Part shown: piece by piece, positions 53,928 through 64,000 of the stretch
Position numbering within the stretch: the stretch's first letter is position 1
Layout: every line of letters starts with the position of its first letter
DNA from: Octopus vulgaris
Taxonomy: Eukaryota
NCBI GenBank assembly: GCA_951406725.2
Contig: OX597819.1
Span: forward strand, 16,616,001 to 16,680,000
Length of the DNA: 64,000 bases
Direction of reading: 5' to 3'
Notes under the pieces: model-generated
What the model was told of the DNA's origin: nothing
The model's input: the letters and a program-made list of their open reading frames with translations, nothing else
Database searches by the model: none
Program-made: the position numbers and the translations under genes

Positions 53928-54869
53928 ATATATATATATATATATCAGGTAAAATTGGAAGAAATGTTTAGTTAGTATTTATATTCCTTTACATTCTTAG
54001 TTCAAATCCTGCTGAGGTGGACTGTCTTTCATCCTTCAGGGATTGATGAAATAGAATATCACTGAAGTATTTGGGACAATTAAATCTAATGTACATCCCA
54101 CCCAACTTTGCTGTTTCTTGTGTGCTCTTGTTAGAAATCACTAGTAGAGTACTACTCCAAGTTGGCAGCACTATTACAGACAATAAACCTTGATTAGAGG
54201 CATTCATCTACAAGAGTCTGTCTTATTAAGGCACATTATGGCCCTAAATTATGACATTATTTCAAGTACCTTTTTCATTTTAAAGAGTAATTCTTTTAAA
54301 TACTTTGTGTTTAGTTATGTCTATATGTTCAGAATTCAAATTCCACTTGGTTTTACTAAGTGGTGGACGGGTGTAGTAGTGTGAATAAAAAAACATGTTT
54401 CATAACTACATAATTTTGGGTTCAATCCTCAGCATGTTGCACCTTGAGTGTCTCACATCACAGCTTAACCAAAATTTTGTAAGTGAAATTTGTTAAATGG
54501 AAACTGTGAAAGCCTGTTGAAAGAAGTTTTGGTTCTGGGTGGTAGATTTACTCTGATGCCTGGTTTAACAAGATCACCTGGATCCTGGGTACTTCTAACA
54601 ATGTCCACTTCATTGCAATGATTTAGGATTGGTCTCTGATGTGAAAACAACTTACTCCTTTCCTACAACCAGTGTCAGGGACCCTAAAAAGAGCCATAGG
54701 GTCTGCCTTTCCCCCTCTGAACAAATGATGCAAAAATACTTTAAAAATATCAAAAAATTCTCCCAAAGCTGATAAATAGAATCAAATACAGAGATTAATA
54801 TAGTTGACAACCAGACCCCATCAGTGAGGCCTTGTGTATGTATCAGTTATTATTATTAACTACGAGGGT

Positions 54870-55095
54870 GGTTGAAGTAGCGAGCTGGCAGATTTGTTAG
54901 AAAGTCAGAAAAATATGTTAAAAATATTTTGTAGTGTTGCTTCTAGTTCTTGACACTTCTTGGTTCAAATTACACTGAAGTCAGCTTTACCTTTCACCTC
55001 TTCAGGGTTGATAAAATAAAATACTAAGGGTCAATGGTATTGATTAATCCCTTACCTTCAAATTGCTGGCCTTGGGCCAAAATTTGAAACCATTA
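54870..55095 (+). mobile_element. SINE family A copy
   Basis: gcgagctggcagatttgttag...ggttcaaattacactgaagtcagctttacctttcacc...ggccttgggccaaaatttgaaaccattatt. Confidence 0.8.
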
Positions 55096-55250
55096 TTATT
55101 CTTGACATAGATTATCTTACAAAAGCAACAAAATTAATTTTTTAACTCCCTTTCAAACTCTCTTCTCCTGTGACTCATGCTCTCCCATATGAGTAACGAG
55201 TACTTGATTATGGTTTTTCTAGTGATAAACGGATGAGGTAAATCATGTGA

Positions 55251-55478
55251 TTAATCCTCTAGCATTTAAACAAACTAAACCCGACCCAAATATTCTATAT
55301 GTTTTATGCTCAAGCCAGTCAGATCTGGCTTCTTATACCAACTCAAAAATGTCATTCCAAAAATAAACAATACCATCATTGAAATTTAGAAGCTATGAGT
55401 TAATGCATGGTTAATTCAAAACAATGTAAATAAATAAGTATTACATTTGACAGAATAATGTGAATGCTAATGGGTTAA
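55251..55478. mobile_element. piggyBac-like MITE, same family as 42188-42407
   Basis: ttaatcctctagcattt ... gaatgctaatgggttaa; colinear internal sequence. Confidence 0.8.
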
Positions 55479-56111
55479 TGTAATTAAAGATTTTTTAACC
55501 CAGCTGACAACAATACAAAGAAAGTAACCACACAACTAGTGAGAGTGGCAGAACTGACTTCAGTTTATGAGAGTGATGTCAGTGGAAGCATTGCAAAATG
55601 TCTGTCATTTAAGATAATCTATCTATAGCAGTGCTTCATATTTGATGGAAATTAACTTATTTTCCTATGAAAAGATCTAAATGCTCTCAAAGGCAAACTT
55701 AGTATATTGGTGGTACCCTAGGAAGAACAGGGCATAAAAAATCCAAACACCTGGTCTTCAGTAATGAGACAGACCCAGTGTTGATAACTCTCACTTGGTA
55801 TGTTCATATGCAACTGTTACCTATCATTTCTTATTACCAAAAGTATGACGTTTACATTCCATACTACAAAATCGCCAGCTGTCATAGATTAATACAGCCG
55901 CTCATTGCAAACGCTCTAATCAAATTCTTAAAAATCCTTGAGCTCTTACTACCAACGGTCATATTAAATAGATTCTTTTTGAACATTCATGACAACACAA
56001 CAAATATTTTTTTTCTTTTTAAGAAAATATAAGGTTTTGACACACAAAAATAGAAGCAAACAAACAAACAAGAAAGAAATCTAAAATGAAAATGCAAGAA
56101 GTCCTACATAC

Positions 56112-56160
56112 CTCGATGTCTGTTTGTAGTTTTATCAAACATAAGCATAGCATCTTCAAC
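56112..56160 (-). CDS. msi: Musashi/Rbp6-family RNA-binding protein, internal exon (RRM2: VEDAMLMFDKTTNRHR-G), 49 nt, phase 0 to 1
   Basis: Minus strand ttcctctcag|GTTGAAGATGCT...AGACATCGAG|gtatgt. The peptide matches, from my recollection, the vertebrate MSI2 RRM2 segment preceding RNP1. Confidence 0.97.
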
Positions 56161-56706
56161 CTGAGAGGAATAGATAGGGAAATGGTATTTAATATGATGA
56201 TAAAGATCAGATGACATGTTGAACATAAGGCAAAGAGAATGCATGATTGTGGGTTGTATAAAGGTGAAAGAATAAACTGGCTGAAATAAACTTTTTATTC
56301 CATGCAGATGCTTTAGAATTTTTTTAATGAACATTAGTAAGGCTGACAGCCTTGCCACTGGTAGGGACCAAATGGTGAAAGTTAATTAGTCAAGTTTTTA
56401 CACTGAAGTCTAACCTTTCAATGCTAATCTACAGGAGACCACTTCTGTTAACATAGCCAATGAATGAGACTCTCCATAGTCCCTAAATAGCCATCACATT
56501 CTGTCTTAAAACAGGACATATTGAATAATGCAAATGCAGTCTCAGATGTAAAAAAAAAAAAAAAAGATGGTTATTGCTGGAACATCTTTTGAGCATAAGT
56601 TGGCTTGATCAGGACAAACTTATTTAACTTGAAATTTTCCTTTCAAATTTTATATCACAACTTTTGGAAGTTATGTTCAAAACACTAGTTTTAATTTTAT
56701 ATTTTA

Positions 56707-57046
56707 TCTTTTACTTGCTTCTGTTACTGGACTGCGACAATGCTGAGGTGCTGCCTTGTTATAAGTTAGATAAATAGACCCCAATGCAAGCCACATAATT
56801 ATTCTATAAGTTATAGGGAAATAAATCAACGCTGGTTGTCAGTTGGTGGAGTGGGGACTTGTGCACAAAGGCACATATGCACACAATGTGCTTGTATGCA
56901 GTTTTCATCTACAAAATTCACTTTCAAGGCATTGATTGGTCAGAGCTAAAAAAGATTCTTGTTCAAAGTGCCTTGCAGTGGAGCTGAACCCCAAAGCATG
57001 AGGTAGCAAAGCGAGATTCTTAACCACGCAACCATGCCTATGCCTA
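56707..57046 (-). mobile_element. Older, degraded SINE family B copy
   Basis: tcttttacttgcttctgttactggactgcgac...gcagtggagctgaaccccaaagcatgagg...accatgcctatgcct. Partial copies also at about 2070-2330, 7350-7520, 46960-47115 and 60745-60846. Confidence 0.75.
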
Positions 57047-57654
57047 CGCTGGGGTTAGTCCTTCCAGCCTTGTCCACTGTAGAGCTAAGAGGTGAAGGGA
57101 CACTACCCGCCCTTTCTGGTCAATAAAGGGGAGAGAAGAAGGCCAGGCAACAGTAATGAACTAGATATCCACTGCATGCAGCCATTATTATAATGGGAAC
57201 CATAGAGCACACTGCAGAGGTAAGGAAGAGGGAGAATAAAAGAGAAAGTGGAGTGGGTGAGGCAGAGAAAAGGTGAAGAGAATATGAGGATAAGAAGTGA
57301 TGCTGTTAGTGTGGGAGTGAGGTGGGGAAGAAAGAGAGAGAGAGAGAGAGGGGTGGGGTGAACTGTGGAAGGAAGAAAGAGAAGAGGTAAAGGAAGAAGC
57401 AGACAGGAAGGCAGAAAATGAGTAAGAAGTGGTGGAGGCAGGAAGGATTGTTAAACAAGCCACAGGACTTTCTAGAACAATTAAGACAGTGATGTAGTCT
57501 ACAGGAAACCAATAATACACACACACACACACAGAGTAACAGAAACCAGATATATCCTCACTACACACATACAGGCTGACAAACCCTGTTACACACACAA
57601 ACCTCAAACATGGATATACACACATATATGCCTGTGTGTTTGCATGTATATATT

Positions 57655-57701
<47 letters not shown>

Positions 57702-58913
57702 CCACCAAGTATACACAAGACAGGTGTGTACATTTGACACATACAGAAACCTCCCACTGACATAAAACAAATACACACACACACACACACATCTAGCCCT
57801 GAAGCTAGGGAAGGAAGAAGAGACAGGAGATTTAAGTGTAATATAACTGTCTCTCCCACCACAACTCCTGCCACTCTTTTCCTTTTTTTTTTTTTTTTTT
57901 TGTAGGGATTCTTTCATACCAATCGTTCTTTTTAACCTATTCTTTTATTCCCTCAGCTCCTTGCACTCTTCTTCCAATATTCATTCATGTCTTCTTGCCT
58001 GGCCTATTGTCTTTACAAACAAACACTGAACAGATATACAGAGACCACAGCAGCAGGAGGAGGAAGGAGACTACTGCTGAGTACAACAGTAGTTTTGTAA
58101 GGGGGTAGATAGATGGGAGAGTGGCTGGTCCCTTAGGGGTCAGACATTCTTAACAAAGAACAATTGTGTGTATTTTATTGAGTATGTGTTAGGGGAGTGT
58201 CTTTCCTCTTTTTACTATTTTCTCCCTGACTTCCTTATTGGTTCAGTTTCTTCTTCAGTAAATAAATTCACTGCTAGTTCCCTGTTTTATGAGTTTATAT
58301 ATATATGTGTGTGTGTGTGTGTGTTTATATATCTATGTGTGAGTGTGTATGTATATGTATATATGTGAGTGTGTATGTGTATCTATCTATCTATATATAT
58401 ATATTATATTATATATACCTCAGCCTTATTAACCTTCTAGACTCCTTTACTAGTTCCTGAAGATAGTCCCATGCAATCTAAAGAAAGAAGCCTCTATGCT
58501 GTCATTCAGACAGCTAGAAATAACTCCGAAATCTTTCTCAAATTACAAACTACTATCTTAGCGAAATAGAAAAAGGAGAGGAGAAAGACTTTAGATTATA
58601 TAATTCCTTGTAGATAATGGGGGAAAAAAAGGTGGAGTGATGATAAAAATAAAAACCATCATAGACATCTCATTTGATATTATGAAATAATGAATATTTT
58701 AGATAGTAGCAGTAGTATAGCCCCTATTCAACTCTGATCAAGCAGATGTCAAACCATCCAAGCTGTAGGGTGTTATGTCATTTGAAACTTTGACTGCTGT
58801 TTCTTGTAGGTCAACCATTGGCTCATGGTTTGGTATTGTATAGATGCATTTATTTTGTTACATGGCTCTTCAGTTTCATAGGTGGCAGTTTTAGACATAT
58901 CTCTCTCTCTCTC

Positions 58914-59127
58914 TTAACCCATTTGTTACTGACTCACCTGAGATGGCCCCCTTGTGCCGGGCACAAACTTCTTATTTTAAAGTGATCTAAATTAAACCCT
59001 TTCAAAATTTCATGTTAATTTATACCGGCTTAATAATGAATTATTTTACTAAATTCTTCATTATGTACAAAATTAATTGAAAGAAGGGTAGTGTATTTCA
59101 ACAGAAATATGATAACAAAAGAGTTAA
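58914..59127. mobile_element. piggyBac-like MITE related to 26601-26809
   Basis: ttaacccatttgttac ... ataacaaaagagttaa. Confidence 0.65.
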
Positions 59128-59430
59128 GTGTTTTTCTCAGCAGACAGACAGAGAGATACTAACCAATGACTGAACAAAACAATACTGGAACTGCCATTAA
59201 AAACTGAGTGGGATCTATAAACAACCTTAAAATCTTGGCACTATTTTCCCTTCCAAGATACATTTATGGCATAAATTTGCAGTTTTATACAAAAACAAGT
59301 TACAGTGAGTGACATGTTTCTTATTTTGATGTGTTTTCTTCCCCAATCCACTAAGAATGTGAAGTGGAACATTTCTCAGCCATTCAACCATGAAGTTAAC
59401 CATCAGTGCAGAAATATATTTGACTGAAAG

Positions 59431-59468
<38 letters not shown>

Positions 59469-59519
59469 GACGCCACACACACCTAGCATCATCAGATGAT
59501 AGATAGAACCAGACACTCC

Positions 59520-59571
<52 letters not shown>

Positions 59572-59617
59572 CACACACACCTAGCATCATCAGATGAGAG
59601 ATAGAACCAGACACTCC

Positions 59618-59668
<51 letters not shown>
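59431..59668. repeat. (TA)n tracts separated by two near-identical 54-bp units
   Basis: gac(g/a)ccacacacacctagcatcatcagatga(t/g)agatagaaccagacactccaac at 59469-59522 and 59567-59620. Confidence 0.9.
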
Positions 59669-59671
<3 letters not shown>

Positions 59672-62084
59672 ACACACACACACACGTAATCTGAGACATC
59701 ACTTTAAACAATGAAAATCTATCATGCACAGATGAATTTTAGAAATACAATCACATGAGATTGTTTACAGGCAATACATATAAAAACATGCACCACATGT
59801 GTGTGTGTATGTGTGCATGTATTTATATGTTTGTGTTGAGATGTATATAGTATGTTTTACTAGTGCAAGAAATTTAATACAAAACTTGAGCAACTAAAAT
59901 TGTGGGTAGCATTATACTTAAAACTTAAAAAAGATAAAATATATTACAAAATTTTTATGTACAAAAAGAGAGTGTTGTACAATGCTTGATATTGCATAGT
60001 ACATACATAGCAGTATATATCCTCATTATTTACCATCTATTTTGCATGCTGGTAAGCGTTGGAAAATTTGAAAGGGGCTGGCAAATCGGAAGACTGTGCC
60101 AAGTTCTACAGGCTATTTGGCAGCTGGATGCCCTTCCTAATGTCAACCCTTTTATGAAGTGTACTGGGTGCTTTTTATGTGGCACCAGAACTGGTGAGGT
60201 TGTCACCAAGTAATTTGCAAGACAAGACCTCTCAACTGAGTGGGGGAGGGTAGTATAGCGGAACAAAAATGTGTCCTGCAGTACAGAAGAAACAGGATTA
60301 CATCAGCTGGAGAGAGAGAAAGTGAAGTGAGAGATAAGATGGTGAAGATGTGACAGGGTGAACACCCAAGCAACAGTGAGGTGTATATAGTGAAGTGGAC
60401 AAGAGATTGGAAATGGTCGGTTAGCTTATGAGATCACCAAAGGAGAATAGGAGATGGAAGGGAAAATATAGTGACTGGGTAGAGGTAGGGGCTATTAGGA
60501 AGATATATTGTGGGGAAGAGATTTGACAGGAACATGTGTGAAGTAGGTCTGTGAGGGAGTATCAGAGAAGGAAGAGGAATACAGGGTGGTGATTATGGAT
60601 TGGAAAAGTGGGATGATGGGAGGCATGGACATAAAGGATGTCTTCATGGCCTCAATATTATCTGGATGGGTCTTCTAAAACACAGCAAATTAGCAATTGT
60701 CCTGGTCCTTTGTTATCTTTTCCCCTGAGGCTCTAATATAGTCTGGGACTATAGTAGAAGACAGCCAAGTTGGTATACAGTGGGATCGAACCCAGAATCA
60801 TGTGATTGGGAAGTAAGCTTCTTGCCACACAGCCACGCCTGCACCTAATACACACACATTCATGGCTGTAAAGTTTACTTTAGGACCATGTGGTTTTGTT
60901 CCATAGCATGGATACTATTAGCTGATGTCCACTGGTAGGTTTTGTAATTGAGATGTAACTGATATTTCTTAGTAAGTGGACAATCACAGAGCTTCCCCTC
61001 CTTCAGTTAACTGTGTGCATGTCTGATTGCATACACACAATCCCTAATGTATATCTATAAATCAAGTCCCAAAGTGCATCTACTTGCATGTATGTGTTTA
61101 TGTGTGAATGGGTACTATAAATTTGGTCAATGCCTATGCCACATGCATATGTAGTTGTCGATATATGCCACATGCAGGAAACTAGGTTATTGTGTTGCTA
61201 TAGAAACATGTATGTGTATGCATGCATGCACTTGTAATAGCATCAACAACTGTGATCATGTTTGACTACACACACAGAAACTACAACTAAACAGAGAAAA
61301 AAATTGCTCTAAACCATGTTAGATTATATTGTCTGTTTCTGTTTAGCCCAAAGTCAGATCTTATTAGGCTAATATATGATCAAATGTGTCCTAATTTATT
61401 TTATTTCATTCCTCTTTTAAACAGTAAGATACATTTTGCAGGAATCTGGCTGCTATTTCTAGTAAATTGAACAACTACATAGAAGAATCACTAGTTGGCT
61501 CATATGTATGTGCTTATGTTGTTTATACATTTAACAACTATATGCATTACACGTCTAGTGTGTGCATGTGTTCATATATGTGGGCAAAACTAGGTCATTG
61601 CATCTTTTACATGCATCTTTGAGAAACTAGGTCACTGTTCAACTGCTGTGTCGGCAAATGAGTTCGTTCACCAAAGCTCCACATGTAATTGTGTACACAT
61701 ATCTGCAGAATAGACAACACGGCACGTGTTTTCTTTGGTGTAAGGCAATCAGACACGTAGGGAAAGTTCTTCACATTTCTGGGTGCTCTTAAATTCCATG
61801 TGCATGCATGTGAGAGAGAGAGTTAGAGAGAGAGAGAGAGGAGAGAGAAAGAGAGGAGAGAGAAAGAGAGGATATAAAGAGAGAGGAGTGAAAGAAGAAA
61901 GAGAGAAAGAGTGTGTGTAGGTAGTAAACAGGTATGTATGCTAATGTGGGCATGTCTGGACATATGGTAAGCCTTAAAAAGAAAAGTAGATGTTTCCAAC
62001 CCAAGCCAATACAAGAAAACATATGAAGGTGGTGATGATAAAAGCTTGCCCATACATGTGTGTGGGTATATATATACACATACA

Positions 62085-62435
62085 AAATCGTAGCTGTGGC
62101 CAGTGCCCCCTGACTGGCTCCGGTTACAGTGGCACGTAAAATGCATCATCTGAACGTGGCCGATACCAGTACCCCGTGATTGGCTCCTGTGCCAGTGGAA
62201 CGTAAAAAGCACTATCTGAATGTGATCGATGCCAGGCCCGCCTGACTGGCTCCTGTGCTGGTGGCATGCAAAAAGCACCCACTACACTCTCAGAGTGATT
62301 TGTGTTAGGAAGGGCATCCAGCTGTAGAAACATTGCCAGATTAGATTGGAGCCTGGGGCAGCCACTGGCTCTCCAGACCTCAGTCAAACCGCCCAACCCA
62401 TACCAGCATGGAAAACGGACGTTAAATGATGATGA
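62085..62435 (+). mobile_element. SINE family C copy in plus orientation with three internal ~66-bp tandem subrepeats
   Basis: Units ...tgactggctcc(t/g)gt...gtggcacgtaaaa.gca..atctgaa repeated three times, then gttaggaagggcatccagctgtagaaac...ggacgttaaatgatgatgat. Confidence 0.85.
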
Positions 62436-62453
62436 TATATATATATATATATA

Positions 62454-62652
62454 TACTCTTACTTGTTTCAGTCATTTGACTGTGGCCATGCTGGAGCACC
62501 GCCTTTAGTTGGGCAAATCGACCCCGGGACTTATTCTTTGTAAGCCCAGTACTTATTCTATCGGTCTCTTTTGCCGAATCGCTAAGTGACGGGGATGTAA
62601 ACACACCAGCATCAGTTGTCAAGCAATGCTAGGGGGACAAACACAGACACAC

Positions 62653-62706
<54 letters not shown>

Positions 62707-62869
62707 GACAGGCTTCTTTCAGTTTCCGTCTATCAAATTCACTCACAAGGCATTGGTCGGCCCGGGGCTATAGCAGAAGACACTTGCCCAAGATGCCACG
62801 CAGTGGGACTGAACCCGGAACCATGTGGTTGGTTAGCAAGCTACTTACCACACAGCCACTCCTGCGCCT
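62454..62869 (-). mobile_element. Second young SINE family B copy, highly similar to 53531-53927
   Basis: Colinear with 53531-53927 over its whole length; differs mainly in the internal CATA/TA tract. Confidence 0.92.
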
Positions 62870-64000
62870 ATCTAAATTATGCTAGCATAAAAAAAAAAAG
62901 TCAACAGGAAACCATTAAACAAATACACATACACATGCATGCACACATGAGTTACTTCTGCAGTTTCTGCTTGCCAAATTTTGCTCATAGGGTATAGGTA
63001 AAAAATGCTGTATGTATGCATGTGTGTGTGTGTATATGCATGTGTTTCCTCATGTCTTGAAATCATGAGTGTTTTAAACGAGTGTCACCATGACACATAT
63101 GATGTCATTTGTTCCCAGTCATCATCATCATCATCATTTAGCGTGTCACCCATGCTGGCATGGGTTGGACAATTTGACCAGGGTTGGCAAGCTGGAAGGC
63201 TTCACCAGACTCCAATCTGATTTGGCAGTTTCGATGGCTGGATGCCCTTCCTAAGACCAACCACTCAAAGTATAATGGGTGCTTTTACGTGCCATTTGCG
63301 TGACACTGGTATCTGTCACAACTGAGATTTTACTTGGCTTGATAGGTCTTCTCAAGCATGGCATAATGCCAAAGGTCTTGGTCATTACCTCTGTAAGGCC
63401 CAACACTTGAAAGGAGTTTTTCACATGCCAATGGCTTCAGCCTCTTTGCCTCTATGAGGCCTAATGCTCTGAAAAACATGTCTAGCCATGGGGAAATATT
63501 ACTTTGTTTGGCATTAGGTGAGGGGTGGTGACAGGAAGGGCATCTAAACTCTACCTAAACAAATTTAGTCTGACCCATGCCAGCAAAGGAAAATGGACAT
63601 TAAAATTGACGGTGACCTAAAAAATCCATGACACAACGGTTGGCAGAATCTACTCAATAGAGTTAATTGACTTGCAAGAAGTAGCAACTAAATCTCAAAT
63701 TACACACTATTATCTTACACAGGGCCTTAAAGAAAACTTTTGCAAAGTGAAACAAGACTATTTTTTAAACTGGGGAGCATGGTTTATTCTAATTTTTATG
63801 GAGGGTTTTTTTTTTTTTGTCATATTCACAGACCTCTAACCAATGTACTGGCTGTCCCTCATCTTGTGTGGGCCCTATTCTTACAAAGGTGAAAGCATAT
63901 TGTATAACAAGGTTTATTGCCTCAAAAACAAAAAGGAAGGTCTCTGCTGAAATATTTTTGATTAAAGATAGGTCTGCTCATTGAAGTCTGACCTAAGGCT

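Noticed and set aside
53518-53952. 144-aa ORF with a near-duplicate at 62616-62997, suggesting a gene family
   Set aside because: Both are antisense translations of SINE family B copies.
57188-57917. Longest ORF in the track (228 aa, minus) and overlapping ORFs
   Set aside because: Composed of CV/YI/SL runs from TG, TA and TC microsatellites; no domain-like sequence.
62085-62290. Regularly spaced repeats superficially like a CRISPR array
   Set aside because: Contiguous tandem subrepeats inside a SINE with no unique spacers; eukaryotic context and no cas genes.
56161-64000. Searched for the upstream exon encoding the start of RRM2 (KKIFVGGL)
   Set aside because: Not found by eye; it probably lies beyond the right end of the window.

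Overview
AT-rich, microsatellite- and SINE-dense eukaryotic DNA. The repeat families and intron sizes suggest an octopus (coleoid cephalopod) genome; this is an inference, not a database result. The whole window appears to lie inside one minus-strand gene, a Musashi/Rbp6-family RNA-binding protein. Four constitutive-looking exons (56112-56160, 34949-35031, 31647-31734, 15425-15505) join in frame through GT-AG junctions to give [100 protein letters not shown], which is most of RRM2 plus the start of the low-complexity tail. There is also a strong 60-nt frame-preserving cassette exon (23974-24033) and several weaker microexon, poison-exon and terminal-exon candidates. The RRM1 exons, the first RRM2 exon and the expected final exons were not found in the window. 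The introns hold at least five SINE families, RTE and RLE-type LINE relics, a decayed mariner, a non-autonomous Helitron, TTAA piggyBac-like MITEs, and two long fold-back elements carrying hammerhead-ribozyme-like cores (Penelope-like). Nearly all ORFs in the supplied track are spurious translations of microsatellites or repeats.
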